Source: Vicugna vicugna | Lineage: Eukaryota | Length of the DNA stretch: 64,000 nt | NCBI GenBank assembly: GCA_013265495.1 | Contig: MU061579.1 | Location: forward strand, 959,159-1,023,158 | Reading direction: 5' to 3' | Part shown: positions 23,991 through 38,344 of the stretch, piece by piece | Numbering within the stretch: the first letter of the stretch is position 1 | How the letters are laid out: every line of letters begins with the position of its first letter | Made by a program: the position numbers and the translations under genes | Notes under the pieces: model-generated | What the model was told of the DNA's origin: nothing | The model's input: only the letters and a program-made list of their open reading frames with translations | The model's database searches: none

Positions 23991-25519
23991 TTTGGGCGAC
24001 CAAGGAAGCATTTGAATCAGTGACCAAAATCCTTGTCTGCATGGAAACAGTGTCCTAGGTCTTTAAGGGAATCATCTGTCTTTGGGAGCAAAGGTGTGTT
24101 ATTGGGACATTTGAGGATGAGTAAATCAGAAGGTGAATTTTAAGTTTGACTCCCAAATTTACAAAATTAACATTGTCAGCCAGTCTGTGTCTTAAGTTCC
24201 TACTAACTTGCCCAGGACAAGATGGAAGCAGGGAGGAGGAGGAAACCTTTCTGCTACTATGAAATTGGGAAGAGTCAAGGAGGCAAATGAAGGGGTCAGA
24301 GAAGCCCATGCTCTCATCTTTATCTCAGTGCTGCTTTGAGCCATGGGGATACTGCAAGCCTGTCTCCACGGGATATAACAAATGATGTACACTAGAGCCA
24401 GCTCCTTCAAGATGAGAACATGTTTCAAAACACATCTCTTGCCTTATTTCACAGACATTTCAAACTCTGCATCAAGTAAATTCATGGGCAAATAACCTGA
24501 TGGTGTTAGGCAAATTGCCTACAGTAAAATTAAAATGATAATAAAGGAACAAATTGTAAACTAAATATGTAAATAAAATATGAAAAGAAGATAATGTTGT
24601 AAGATCACATGTCAGTTCAGAGATATAGTGGCCAGACAATTCTAAAAATTTACTTCAGCTCTCTGCACTTACTACTCAACTTCTATGTTTTCAGAGATGA
24701 CCTTGGACCATCTTAAGAAGCCATTTATTACCTGCAATTTCTTTATTGCTCTGTGACTTTCAGCTCCTTAAAAAATCAATAGATGTATTCAAATAGCTAA
24801 TACTACAATAGAAGACACTGTAATTGTTAGAAATTTGATTTCCCTTGCCATTATTAAGCTACTTGTCAAAAAACAGATTCCTATTTGTATGAATAACTGT
24901 GATGCAGACACTTTGACTCAATTGTTTTAATATATTCTACATAGTTAAGTCCAATTCCTTAATTAGTTTTAATTTTCTAAGTCCCAGAAAAAATAATTGC
25001 TCATTTTTATTGTTTTTTCACCTTCTAATTCAAATGAAATATCATTTTGTGTCATATTACAATGCAAATTAATTATACTGCTTTAACAAAGGATAGTTGT
25101 TCATACTTTAATCTTAAATAATTATGGTTTGAAGTTAAGTAAAGATACTTTTATTTGTGATGTATTATATTCAACATATAAATGTCACTATATTTCTTTA
25201 ATAAAATGTACATAAATATATGCATATATTTATTCAGTAACTTATTTTAAAAAACTATTGTGATACATTTAAAGTTTTACAAATCTGTATTATGAACTTA
25301 CAACCTGGTACTATACCAAGTTCCACGAAGAAATGTATATAAAATTCAGGGTCTTTAAGGAAGCTGGAATGAAAAATGAGAACAAAAGGTAACAGGTGAA
25401 AAAATATTTTTAATACAAATCGGAGTAAACCAAATGTTAAGTGTTATGTGAAAAGGACATACAATGTACTGCAGAAAACAATTCATTTCTTCAAATGTTA
25501 GTTGAGGTTTATTATACGG

Positions 25520-25920
25520 CAGATTCTTTGATAGGGTCCAGGGGTGCAATGATGATCAAAAGTGCATGTTAAGTCTTACTTCATGAAGCTTATAGCCTCC
25601 TGGGTGTGGCATCCATCCATCCAATAGTCATGGACAGAAATGTAAAGTGGCAACTTGGTTAAGCTGTCCAAAAGGTAATGGCCTAATTACAAAGGGTATA
25701 GAAGGATTCCTCCAGGAAGTAATGGTTGGATCAAGAGACAAAGAATGAGGAATAGGAATTAAATAGTCAATGAAGGAAGTAAAGAACATTCCAAGAGAAG
25801 AGAATATCATGTTCATGAGTCTTGTATTCAGGGGAGTGTAGCAGGTTCAAGAACTAAAGAAGGTCCTTGTTGTAACTGAAACAGTGAAGAGAGTAAGAAA
25901 ATATTTACGATAAATTGGTA
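25520..25920 (-). mobile_element. L2 fragment
   Basis: cttcatgaagcttatagcct...gaaggattcctccaggaagtaatg...gaacattccaagagaagagaa. Confidence 0.65.
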
Positions 25921-27089
25921 TCTGCAGAAGCACACCTGCCCCTGTCAAAAGCAATTCTCTTATCCAAAGTCAAGCGTCTAGTAAGAGTGAAAGATCCAGG
26001 TATTATTTATGCAGATATTAAGAATATTTACTTCCTATAGTTTCATAAAACTGGGGGAATCTCAAATGCACCCTGAGCTAGCCATCTCCTTTTCTTATAA
26101 GGGTCCAATGGAAGATACAAAAAAGAACAATGATGAAAAGAAAGTAAAATTCTGTTTTCAGATTTAACCTTTGTTCAAGGTTAAAATTTAAATGAGGAGC
26201 TCTCTAGTAAACAAAAATGCATCACTGAGTTATATGTGAACCTTATATGTGAACCAAAATGTAACCTTATACTTTCAGTTATTTTAATCAAGAGGCCAAG
26301 CTAGTAAATTATTTTATATGAAGATTATTAGTATAGGAGATAATTATTTTACTGGACTTAGTGCCATATGCGAATGCACTTGTGATTTCTACCTAGAGCA
26401 CTTATTAATTCAGGCGCATTCAAGAAGAAAGCAGAGTAGAGCAAAACGTGAATTGTCCCTGAAACTTTCCACTTACCATTTCTGTAGCATAGATTTAATA
26501 TAGGAGACAGACCTAGAGACTCACAGTCATGTGTATGACAATAAACAGAAAGCCTCCTCTTCAACAAGTGCGGCCCAATTTGAGTCTGAAATACGATCAA
26601 TTGAATTTGTATCGTCTTGTCTGGGGGACTAATGAGGAGTGGGCATGAGAATTTTAGTTCATCACTTTGAATAGGAGCCTGTGGAACTCAGTATCACTGG
26701 CAAACACTGTAGATAAAATAAATAGGATATGAATTAACAAGGGGTTGAAAGGTGATTAAGTGCATTCAAGACTTTTCTAAGGACAGTAATTAAATAGCTT
26801 TGTTATAAATAAAAATGTAGATGTAAGGAATAAGCGTATAATGTTAGAGCAATTCAATGGAGATGTCTTTAGACTGGGGTGGCTCTAATGCTTTGCAGCT
26901 TACACAAGCAAACCAACCTCAGCCAGAGTCTGACGGAGGGGGTCTTCCAAAGCACATGAGCATCAGCTGGTCTTGAAGCTGGACCTGGGCAATTGCACAC
27001 TATCTACCTTCTCCCCTGTCCTTGGAATTTCCACTTTGCCTACCCTTTTCACAGCCAAAGCTATTTTCAAGAATACAAACCTGGGAGGG

Positions 27090-27330
27090 TGATGTGTTAG
27101 AGTCCATCTGAACGGCATATGTGACTGAACTCAGTCAAGGTCTGTAAGTAAGCTTTTAAGATTCAGGCAGGCAGGTGCAGAGGTCTATTTGCCTTGTGAT
27201 CACCCAAGACAAACCTTGTAAGTTCCTTTGCTTGTTAACCCTGACACCTACCACCTCCTGGAGCAGTCTGACTCTTCATTCAGTCTTTCATTGACCTCCG
27301 TCTCTGCGGGCCAGTTCACAAACCACCAGT
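27090..27330 (+). mobile_element. Partial class III ERV LTR, same family as the LTR at 57767-58140
   Basis: Shares cttttaagattc, ttgtaagttcctttgctt, cacctacca and gggccagtt collinearly with 57930-58140. Confidence 0.8.
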
Positions 27331-27593
27331 CAATGAACTTGAATGTTAGAAGATGAAACTTAAGAATAACCAATAATAAATCGTCAATGGGACTTTCCCA
27401 GTTAAGGCAGATGCCTACGCTATTGCCAGTCCATTTCCTTGCTTCGTTTCCAAATCTCTATAAAAACCTCTCACTTAGTTCACAGATCCTAAAACTTCCT
27501 AACCAATTTTGCTTTCATACTGCCTGATTCAAAACTATACATGCTCAAATAAACTCTTGAAAATTTTAAAGTGCCTCAGCCTATCTTTTAACA
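27331..27593 (+). mobile_element. ERV1 LTR 3' half (MER34-like)
   Basis: ctctataaaa TATA box; ends gctcaaataaactcttgaaaattttaaagtgcctcagcctatcttttaaca. Confidence 0.75.
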
Positions 27594-30214
27594 ATACTAT
27601 TCAATGATTAATGGAAAACATAAAATATATTAGTATGGACACAGAGGTTACTTCATGATGATCACGAATTTCAACTACAGAAGGGATAATACAAACAAAA
27701 TAATGGATAAAACAAACATCCCTAATGGTGTAGTTAAATACGATATTAAATTATTCTTTTTCTGCCATTATTTTCCTATTTCTCTTCCATTCAGTTGAAC
27801 AGATAGCAAATACAAGCTTTCTTGCTCCAGGGGAAATTTAGTTCCAAGAATCTAAATTCACGTTTAAGATTATGCTCAATACTTCTGAAAGAGATTAATG
27901 GAATGTACCAGAGAGTTTTAAGGAAATGATAAGATAAACTTTTCCTCTGAGCTAACGATTCTCCAAGATGGGGGAGAAGAACAGATAAAAGTCATGCATA
28001 GTACCCTAAACACAAGGGACATGTGACTTGTTCCCTGGGTCTCAAGGATTATGTAAAGTATAAAAAAATAAACAGTTTTGGCTTGAAGCTTGTTGACTGG
28101 GGTAGCTTGACAAAAGAGAGACAAACAAATAGAAAAGCTGCCATAATGAAGGATTGCACAAATCAGGGCTATGGAGGTCTCAAGAACAATCTGTATAGAC
28201 AGATAGCTGTACAGAAAGGCCAATGCCTTCGTCACCTCCACCCATCCAGACTTTGGCACCAGGATCACAGAACAATGGCACAACCATAGCCACAGAGGAT
28301 AATAGGAAGGGCTGACATCAAAGGTTCTTTCAGAAAAACTGAAAAGGAAGCATGCAATGAGAAGTTAAGCCACATACATGAGTTTGAGAATCATGGTTCC
28401 TTCCCGCTACTACTCATACAAATGGCATTTGGAAAACTAAGAGTCAGAATAAATAATGGACTGTAAAATATACTGCAAATTAGGAGGTGGGGAAAGCATC
28501 ACTTCTGCTTAGAGCTTGAAGGATAAAGCAGAGAGGACATTGACTCCTTAGTGGTAAGGATACAGTATATTCATGTTGTGTAACTCTGGACCATGTAATC
28601 TTAGGCATCTGTTGACAAGTAGGAATACAAAGATAGGAAGCAAGGGGACTATTCTGTTCCCTCTGGAAGCATCCTGTTACAAACTGAAATAAGAGGAAGC
28701 AGATAGATATAGATTCATCCAGTTGGGGGTATGGCATAGAGAATCTGATCTATATGCCCTGAGGAATCTCAGAGGATAATGGCTCCATACCCTGTTATTT
28801 TACACAAGATTGTATTTCTTATAAAATATAAACTAGGAAGGTTAATATGTGTTTGTTTTGTGATATTTTACTAGGAACAGATATGCTTTCTTATTTCTAC
28901 TTCTACATTATCCCGCAGCTGCCATGTGATTTCCAACTTCCTTTTGCTATACTACTCCATTGGAAGCTCAGGCACATTAACCTTTAGCATTGCCTAAATA
29001 CCACTGTCTTCTCAGCCTTATTGAATTCTCAGTTGCAGATAAAGTGGCTTGCTCTTTAAAGGTTAGCTATGGACCTATTCTTGTGACCTAATAATTGCTC
29101 AGAAGACTTTAGCAGTTATTAGGTAAAACAAATCAATACCAAGGAAATCAATATTAAAGAGAAAATTTAAAAAGATTAGACTTAATTATTATTGGATCTT
29201 TTTCCTACCTTAAAAATCAATGGTTGTTCAAAAGCTCCATTACCTATCTTTCTCCAAAACAATTTTGTGTATCACGGTATGTGTGTTTATCATGGAGTTG
29301 CCATGGTCTAGTCTCTCTCTTCTTAACTAAAAAAAAAATTTTTATATAAAGAATAGCTGTTTATAGAAGTATTGTTATAAAGAGCAAAACAAACAGAAAA
29401 AAGTAATCAGAGTATTACTTCTCACAGTTAAGGCAACTAATGCCCTAGTATCACAAAATCCTTTACAAAAGGAGATGGCTTAATAAATTCTAGATCAGGG
29501 ATTTTTGTTTGTTTTTGGTAATGTCTTTTTAAGTTTATGCTTTTAATTTTTCCATTTTTATTAAATTTTATTAGTACTAATAAAATACTAATAATTTTAT
29601 ACTTGCCACAGGCCCTTCATAGCAATTCTTACAACTTACTATTTTGTCAGTCACCTTTGAACTAAGGTTTCACAAATACCAACAAAACATATCTATGTTT
29701 CACCCAAATTGAACCGTATATATACAATAGCAAAGGATTTTGATATTTTATTCTACACTTTTATTCATGCTCTTCGGTTTAGAAGTATGGGAATGCCCTC
29801 TGTCCTTTCTCTCATTTGGTGAACTTCCCAAAGTGTAAAAAAGGTTGCATGTACTAGGGGACTAGATGAGATGCCCAGATGGAGGGAAAACTGTGGCCGG
29901 TGAGAATCGGCTGGACCACATCTTCATATGCTGTAGCCTAACTGATAGGAAGCTAGATATCACACATAGATCCCCAGCATCTGAAGAGCTATCTGAGCAG
30001 AAGTAGCAGTGGTTTTCTCCCTTTCATAGATTCCCTTAATGTCCAGAAATTTTCAGTAAGTAACATGGCATTTATCCATGCAAATCCAAACTATAACTCA
30101 AACCAAAAGCTACATGTTTTTGAAGGACAACAAAGCATCCTTTAATTAACTTGTATTTACTTACATACTTTTCTTTATTGGTTTCTCTGACTTCCATAAA
30201 TCTGCAGTAGTTTA

Positions 30215-30385
30215 TAATCATGCTACTCAACGTGAGGTCTGAGGACCAACACTATTGGCATCAACTAGATTTGACAGACATGCAGAATCTTAGGTGTTAC
30301 CTGAAACCCGCTGGATAAGAATGTTTATTTTTTAACAAGATGTCCAGGTAATTCATTAGCACATGAAAGTGGAAAAAGCACATAT
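30215..30385. mobile_element. MER5A-like DNA transposon relic
   Basis: gctactcaacgtgaggtc...gacc...ggcatca...atgcagaatct...ttttaacaagat...ccaggtaattc...gcacatgaaagt. Confidence 0.8.
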
Positions 30386-30509
30386 GTTGAAGTTATTCCT
30401 GGTATATCAATGTCAACTATGGCTTCCAAGACCTCAAACCGGCATTCAGTTTGTAACAGGCTGTGTTATTACTCTCGGTTATTACTCCCATTCCTGAGAA
30501 AAATATCAT

Positions 30510-30810
30510 TGTGTAACTGTCATATGCGAGGATGCTTCTAGGTTCTGTGAATTCAGCAGTGATAGACAGATACAAAATCATCTGCTCTTATGAACTTACA
30601 TTCTAAAGGAAAAGAGAGTTACTAAAAACACAAAACAAGTAAAGTATTTAGAATGCTAGTGGAAAAAAATATGAAATTAAATAATTTATTGGGAAAGGAG
30701 AGGAAGGTGGTGAGGTGAAATTTTAGATAGTATGACTAAAGAAGACGTTACTACAAGTTCTAATAAATTCCTGTAGGAACTGAGGCAGCAAGTTTAACAG
30801 ATATTTGGAA
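30510..30810 (-). mobile_element. L2 fragment
   Basis: ttctaggttctgtgaattcagcagtga...ctgctcttatgaacttacattcta. Confidence 0.65.
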
Positions 30811-30949
30811 GAAAAAAAGTAAACAATTTATGGGATAAGATGCTTTATATTAAGCCTGGAATACTTGATTAGCTCTACTTCCAAGGGCAGAAAAATAATA
30901 ATATAAAATATTAAGGGAAATGACTTTTTCCTGAGTGACTATTAGTTGC

Positions 30950-31145
30950 AGTTATTGTGATAACTAATTTATTGGTATTGTCTCCTTTAGTTACCATGAC
31001 AACTACACTGGATAAACATTATTATCTTGATGAGACAGAGTCTCAAAGAAATTGGCTAACTTGCCAAATTTCATATAGCTTGAAATACATGAATTAAGAT
31101 TTAAATGCCAAATCCATCTGCCTCAAGAGCCCATGCTATTTCCTC
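30950..31145 (-). mobile_element. MIR SINE
   Basis: gatgagacagagtctcaaagaaatt...taacttgcc...atctgcctcaagagcccatgct. Confidence 0.7.
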
Positions 31146-34100
31146 TAATTCTCTGTGTGTAACCCCCTCATAACTAGGATCAGATTTAATTTGAAAGCAA
31201 ACAAAAAGCCCTATTTCTTAACAAGCTGAAAAGTGTGATTACAAAACTGAATCAAGAAAAATATATTACTGACTTCCTTTGTTTCCAGAACATATGAGGA
31301 AAGATAAAAGGCTTAAATGTAATACTGACCATATTGTCATTTTGAATCAGCAATTTTAGCATTTGGGCAAAAATATCAGCAGTGGGATTTTTTTCAAAAC
31401 CTCATGTTGCTTCCCTCTGACCTATGTTTTAGATTCATTAGTTCAGTTTTGGGGCTCAGGTATCCTTTCTATAATCAAAAGTCCCATAAGTAATTCTGAT
31501 GTATGATAATATGTGACAGTCACTGGCGTAAGCTTTTAAAGAACCTGATCAAAATCATCCAAAAGCAATTTCACCTTGGAGGAAATTAACAGAGACAATA
31601 TTGGTTGAGAGTCTCGTCCACATCCTTTTCTATTAAGGACAATACATCTGCCAATAAATAAACTAAATTACCTTTGTAAACTCTTTATCAGCTCTGACCT
31701 GGATAGTGTGCAATTTCCTTTGCAGTGTGTTTCCAGATAGTCCATACTGATTGGACAGTATCAATCTTACAAACTGCATTCATCAGGTGTTATTTGAAAG
31801 AGTATGTGATGTGATCAAGGAATAAGAAGAATGAGTTGGAACACTGGAAATAGAATATTCCAAACTCTATTTAGTAAAGTTTAAATGGATTAGATATATA
31901 TTTGTACATTCAGTTTCTTCAGCTGTTTACCTATCTAAATTAAAAAAAATTCTATATGACACAACTTAAATTTTATAGAGTTCTGTCACTTTGGATTGTA
32001 TTTGAACTTTTAATTCAAAGTCCTTGAAGAAAAATCTACTTTAATGTAAATTTACTTTGTGACTGACAACTTGACAAGAAATAGCAGAATTGTGAAAATT
32101 TGAGATATTGTCGCAAGACTATCATTGAAACTAGACAAACAATAGTGATATTATAAAGGTCACTTACTGTGATTTTTGGAATTAAAAGTTATCCAAGAGT
32201 ATACAGTTCCACTATGGATAGTGAAAGCAATTTATTGCTGCTTTTCAGTATTGGAAAAGAGAAAGTTCATGCTGTCATTGATTGACCTTTAAAAAGAAAA
32301 ATGTAGCTAGCTTACAGGTAATAAGAAAGCAATATATATATATATATTGGTTACCTTTACAAGTATACTTTCTTCATTTGAGCTCATTGCATAGGTTTTT
32401 CACTATAATCTGATTGAATAAACTAATCACTGCCAAATCATATTACCATAATGGATATGTGGTTCCTTTTTTGCAAAAATAAAATTATAAAGTAGGAAGA
32501 CTTTTTTTTAAAATTTAAGTCATTATAATTTCTTCATTTGATAAATAATGCAGCATAGAAAATATGTAATAAATGCTATCACTTATAAAAAACTAAAAGC
32601 CTCATTTTAAAAGAGTTAATATTGTTGAATATCTTTGCAGCTATAAGTTTAACCAACTTCTCTTTTTGGTAGAAAATATAATTATGTAGCATAAAGACAG
32701 TAAAAGATATAAAAGTTTCCATGAAAAACGATCATAATCATGGTCAGTTTTTGCAATTGAATAAGGAATGATTGTCTTGGAACTATGACATTTTTCCTAT
32801 TTAAAGTTACCATCATATGTTTTTCCTCTTTTATCTTCTTTTCAGATCTTCACTTCTTTTTGTTGTATCATATATTTTATGGAACACTAAATAATGAAAA
32901 ATACCCAGTTCTGCCATGCTACTTTATATTTTTTTTTATTTCAAATTTTAGCTTAATTTTATTTGGTTAGGTAAAATTAACAAGCTTATTGTATTCATAG
33001 ACTCCATAAACTACTTGTTTGCACAAACAGAATGTACTTATTTTTGAACACCAATTTTACTTCCAATATTTAGTTCTTTGTCTCTTGGCTTTTCTAGTTC
33101 AATCTGATTTTCTGAATTAGAGTACGTGAGTTTTATGAGGTCTGATCATAAAGAAGATGACATTTAAAATTATAAGCCTAGTAAAAATATAAACTTAGTT
33201 TCTGACACATTTACATTAGGTGGTATCAAATAAATGTTTTGATTTGTTAAACTCATTATATTTTATTTTTAAAATGAGGATTTAGTGATGATATCTTTTA
33301 AAACTTAATTTCTGCCAATTGCTGTAGAACCTAATGCCAGATCCTTTCTCAAAAGGTCTCCCGGCTTTACGTTTGAGTTAATTTAGGTTAATTAGGTTTG
33401 AATTCTCTTGAATTCATTGCTCTTTCTTTCTTTGAAAGTTGAAGGTAAGCATATTCTTATAAGGCTTCAGGGATTTTATATTTTGCTGTATAGTTTGATT
33501 TATATTTTAATACTTCTCCTTTTAAGTTTTGCAGATTTGCAAAACTATAGACCCAGCTTGTACCATGGTATCCTTCAATGACCTGAACTTACAAAACACA
33601 GGGGCCTCAAAAGACTATATCAGCAAGGTAGCCTTCTGTGATAGGGAGTACTTCTTGCACGGTTTATTCAAACACCTTTATAGAAACCAAGTGCAACCTC
33701 TTATTAGAGTCCAACATCTTAAACCTCAAACATCCTTAAAGAGGCCAAGGCCTAATTGCACGAAACATCTGTACTGCTCAAACCCACATTTAAAAAGCCA
33801 GCTGAAGATTTATCTTTTGACTTGCCTATGTGTTTATGCATAATATTCCCTGCTTAGTACCTCTAGGCAAAGAGTCATTTGAACATGCTTTTTTTCATAA
33901 TCTCCCTCAGTTTCCCTTATATCTTATTACAAAAGAATGGTGGAAATGAGTTAGTATGGGCATGTTTATCTCGATATCCACCTTGTTGTCCAATCTTTCT
34001 GCAGGCTGTCTATGGATGATGCATAAAAGGAACCTACTTGGAGTCATAGGAAGTTGGAATTTAGGACTTTAGGTATATTTTCAAAGATATGTGCTGTCTA

Positions 34101-34284
34101 CACATCTATTCTACCAGGCTGAAAACTAACTGCATTTTTATCAGAGAACGGCAGTCAATTTTATCAGAGTTATTTTCAGTAACATATATTCTGATATTTT
34201 ACTGGCTTACTGCAATAAAAATGTACTTCTCATTTAATACACCATTCAACATGGATAGAAGGAAGAAGCATCCAAGAGACCAGG

Positions 34285-34585
34285 GCTCTGCTCCACACAG
34301 GGCCAAATTTTTCCATCCTGTGTCTCCACCGTCCTAAGTGCACTTGGTGTCCTCTGCATTCAATCAGTCAATGGAGAAAGAGAGTCAGAGTTCTGGAAGG
34401 AAAGTGTGCATGGGACAGTCCTGACAGTAATGCCCATCAGGTTCACTCATGAACTCTACTGACAACTGACAAAATCCGAGTCCCATGGCCACATCTAGAA
34501 AGTGAGAGATGCAATGCATCCCAGCTAAGCACCCGGATTAGCTGCTAAGGACCCTTACTGATGGGCACTGGCAATCTCTATTGTG
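34285..34585 (-). mobile_element. MaLR LTR fragment (MLT1J-like)
   Basis: gggctctgctccacacag...ttccatcctgtgtctccacc...gagtcccatggccacatcta. Confidence 0.55.
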
Positions 34586-36507
34586 AGTATTATGGTTTCT
34601 ATTTGTCATATATATTTACATATCTGTACATATTCTTCCTCTCTGACTCTATTCAGCTTTAACTAGGCCTTGTGTGACCTGTCAAACACAGGTTTAAAGA
34701 CTGTAATCTATTTAACTAAGCCATCACTATTACTTGGGAACTTTGTAGACCAGTATTTAATTTTAACTCTAAAATTCAACCTATTAAGCTAAAAATCCCT
34801 TTAGAATATGCTGATGTGTTTTTAATGAGATGAATTATAAGATAAATGAAAAAAGCAAAATGGGATCTCTGTTTCCACTTAAAAGATTTCTTAACAAGAA
34901 TTGCATAAATGTTAAGGTAAAGTCTCCTATATGGGATTTGGTAGTTTCTTTGGAAGACATGAAGAGGAATTATTTTTGTCTTACTCTTCTGTATCAATTT
35001 CAATTAATAGTCATATTTAGACACAAATTCTGGTGTTTAGTAATGGGCCTACATTAATTGTAAAAATAAATGAAATAAATAAAACTTGACCACTACATAA
35101 TTATTCAATAACTGTAATAACCAGCTGAATTTTTAAGGTTCTGTATGTTCATAAATGTTTAATATTAGCTTTTATATCCTCATGAAATTACTGATCTAAC
35201 AGAGAAACTTAATGTAGAAACATAACATGATTACTTGTATCAACATACTGAGTATAATTTACTGGATAGGGCATGTTGGCTAACAACTATATCAACTAAC
35301 ACAAAATTTGAGTGGCAACAAATATTTATTGAACTAAATTGAGTTCCCCATTTCTTACTGTTGGAATGTCAGGCATTCTTGGAATACACTAAGGCACTCA
35401 AATTTACCCAAAAAATATATTTTAAAAGAGGACAATTGCAGTTTAAACTGCTATAAATACTGCTTTTAATATACACAATTCTTAATAACACCATTTCATA
35501 AAGACTTGTTTGGGGCTGTGAATGATACAAAAGAACATGAAAATGAATGAAGCCAAGAGACAGCAGTATTAAAGAGGAGAGAATTATATTTGCTTTAATA
35601 GTTACCTAAACAAATGGCTCAGTATTGAGGGAAAGATAAGGGAGGACTGAATTATATAATTTAAGATTTGATTCTTTTAAATAAGAACCAAAATTATTTA
35701 ACTTTATATATTTAATTTTTTTTTTTTTACCAGTTACTAAAAACTGATTAGGTTGGCCATGCTGGTTCTTTGAAAATTTTAAAAGTCTCCTTAGTCTCTT
35801 AAGTACAAGAAATTGAAGGAAAAATATGAACTTTGTAATGTTTATAAGTAAGATATTCTCAGACTTCTTACAAATATCCTTATTCACTTTTCAAGTAAAT
35901 ATATGGAATTCAAACTATTCATTGATTTAATCAACTGCATGATATTTCACTAATGAAGATGCAAGAGAGGACAACACAGCATTTGATCATAAAAACATTA
36001 GGTTTACAACCCAATATCTATGCAAAAAGAAAATGATTTCAAAGTGTCATGGAAAGCAAAACATATCTGAAGTATTATCACAATATCTAAAGGTGAAACT
36101 CATGTAAATAACAAAAGGAAACCTACAGATGCAATGGAGTGTATCTCAGATATTGCTTATGCGTTACATTGAATACGCAGCCTCACACTGTATTCTAGCT
36201 ATTGGTACTATGACCAAATTTATGTTGATATATCTTGAAATGTCTTGAAATCCCTCACCTCAGTCTAAAACAATGCTTATTTTTTTTAGCTCAGATATGT
36301 TTTTGTGCTGCATGAATGGAACGCAGCAGAAAATGACTTAAACTCAGTGTAGCAACCTGGAAGAGTAGTGGCCTGGCAGGGGTAGGGGTGGGGCAAATGA
36401 TTGTCAAAGGGACATAAGATACAAAAGATTCTTCTGTTTCTGTTTTCCAGATGGATTGTCCTGAGTCATATCTCTTGGGTTTCTCACATCCTCCCAAATG
36501 GTTGAGT

Positions 36508-37185
36508 ACTTTTGGTGGAATTGTAAATTGGTGCAGCCACTATTGAAAAGAGTATGGAGGGTCTTTAAAACTAACAATAGGATTACCATATGATCCAGCA
36601 ATTCCACTCCTGGGCATATATCTGGAAAAGATAAAAACTCTTATTTGAAAACATACATGTACCCCAATGTTCATAGCTGCACTATTTACAATAACTGAGA
36701 CATGGGAACAACCCAAGTGCTCTTCAAAAGACGATTGGCTTAAGAATATTACTCAGCCATAAAAAGAATGAAATATTGCCTTGCAGCAACATGAATGGAC
36801 CTAGAGAATACTATACTAAATAAAGTCAGACAGAGAAAGATAAATATTTTATTACTTATATGTGAAATCTAAAAAATATATAATACAAATGAATCTATAC
36901 ACAAAACAGAAACAGACTCTCAGACATAGAAAACAAACTGGTTACCAAAAGGAAAAGGGAGGGTGAGAGGGGTAAATTAGGAGTACGGGATTAACAGATA
37001 CAAAGTAGTAAACATAAAATAAATAAGGCACAAGGATTTACTGTACAGCACAGGAAACTATATTCAAGATCTTGTAATGAACTATAATGGAAAATAATCT
37101 GAAAATAATGCATATAACTGAATCACTTTGCTGTACACCTGAAACTAACAAAACATAGTAAATCAACTATACTTCAATTAAAAAG
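36508..37185 (+). mobile_element. 5'-truncated L1 (artiodactyl-type 3' end)
   Basis: gtaaattggtgcagccact...ttaccatatgatccagcaattccactcctgggcatata...gaatcactttgctgtacacctgaaactaaca...aaatcaactatacttcaattaaaaa. Confidence 0.95.
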
Positions 37186-37887
37186 TAACTCTTAAAGATA
37201 TTGTGTATTGATCATGTAGGAAAAAAAAATCTTATTCTTTTATACCATTACAAAAAGTCATACAAATTACCTCATTTATTTTCAGTAGGCCCCTCCTTTC
37301 TTTTGCTTGTTTATAATCAGACTGTAATTTAGAGTGATGGGGACAAAACAAGTCAGAATCAGAATTGAAGTATACTAGAATCTTGCATGGCACAAATATT
37401 ACAAATTAAATAACCAAATTGTTTTACTATGCTATCTTCTGAATAGTTATTTTTTAGATGAATGGTAACAATAAAATTTTTAAGCAATAAGTAATTTTTT
37501 AACCTTGACCAGGTTAACCATTCTATAAAATTTGTCATTCATAAAATCTGACTTGCTGTTGCTACTACCAGGAGGAGGACCCAGACCAACATTTTTTTTT
37601 GACCTTACTCACCTCAAGTTCATGTGATAATCCTCTCTGAAGTGAAAAGAATATAATCACATAGACTCTCTACCTTGTAGATAAGATATTTATAGGTTTT
37701 GAAGTACAAACAAGGTCTAGATATATTTACTTTATTGTGACATGTGAGTTGCATTGATTTTTATGTTTGGAGTTCACAGTTTTAGTGATGAATGTTGTGT
37801 AAAGAATTGCTGACTATATATTATGCATCATTTTTAGTAATCTCCAAAACTTTCGAGAAGAAATAGAAAAATGCCAACTGAACACTA

Positions 37888-38270
37888 TTATAAGTCTGGT
37901 TTCCCTGAAACAGAACATGATAGTTTGTATTCACATACGAGCAATTTATTAAGGAGATGCTCCCAAGAAGTCAAGTAATTTTGACGAAATCTCAGCATCA
38001 GCCCTATTGCAATCCAGACGGGAGCTCTAAAGCTTAGTTATGCCTCTTATTTTGTTCCATTTGTAGGGAGTGTGTGTGTGAAGAGTAGGATGGAGATGTG
38101 GAAACTCTAACCACCCAGTCATTTCCTCCTGCCCCTCCAATCTCTTTGTGTTGTGGGGGGAAATGGCTCTGTAGCTTAAGGGCAGTCATTAAAAGCAAAA
38201 CACGGGCACCTGGGGACATAGAGACAGGCACACAGAAACAGTGAAAGTATCCAACAGAGACTTGTCCATT
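37888..38270 (-). mobile_element. ERVL LTR (LTR16-like), degraded
   Basis: gtttccctgaaacaga...gcaatttattaaggagatgctcc...gggagctct pattern of antisense LTR16-type ends. Confidence 0.5.
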
Positions 38271-38344
38271 CCCTGTGCAAACAAATGATGATGATAGGAA
38301 ATGCTTCTTCTGTCGAAGGCGGGAATGATGCAACAATGTACTTA

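Noticed and set aside
25212..25233. 22-bp palindrome ataaatatatgcatatatttat
   Set aside because: Arises from (AT)n-like low complexity, which is self-complementary by nature.
26230..26255. Short perfect tandem duplications (ttatatgtgaacc x2; also ~18058-18085 and ~44691-44718)
   Set aside because: Two-copy slippage duplications common in mammalian DNA; no spacer structure, so not CRISPR-like or functional arrays.
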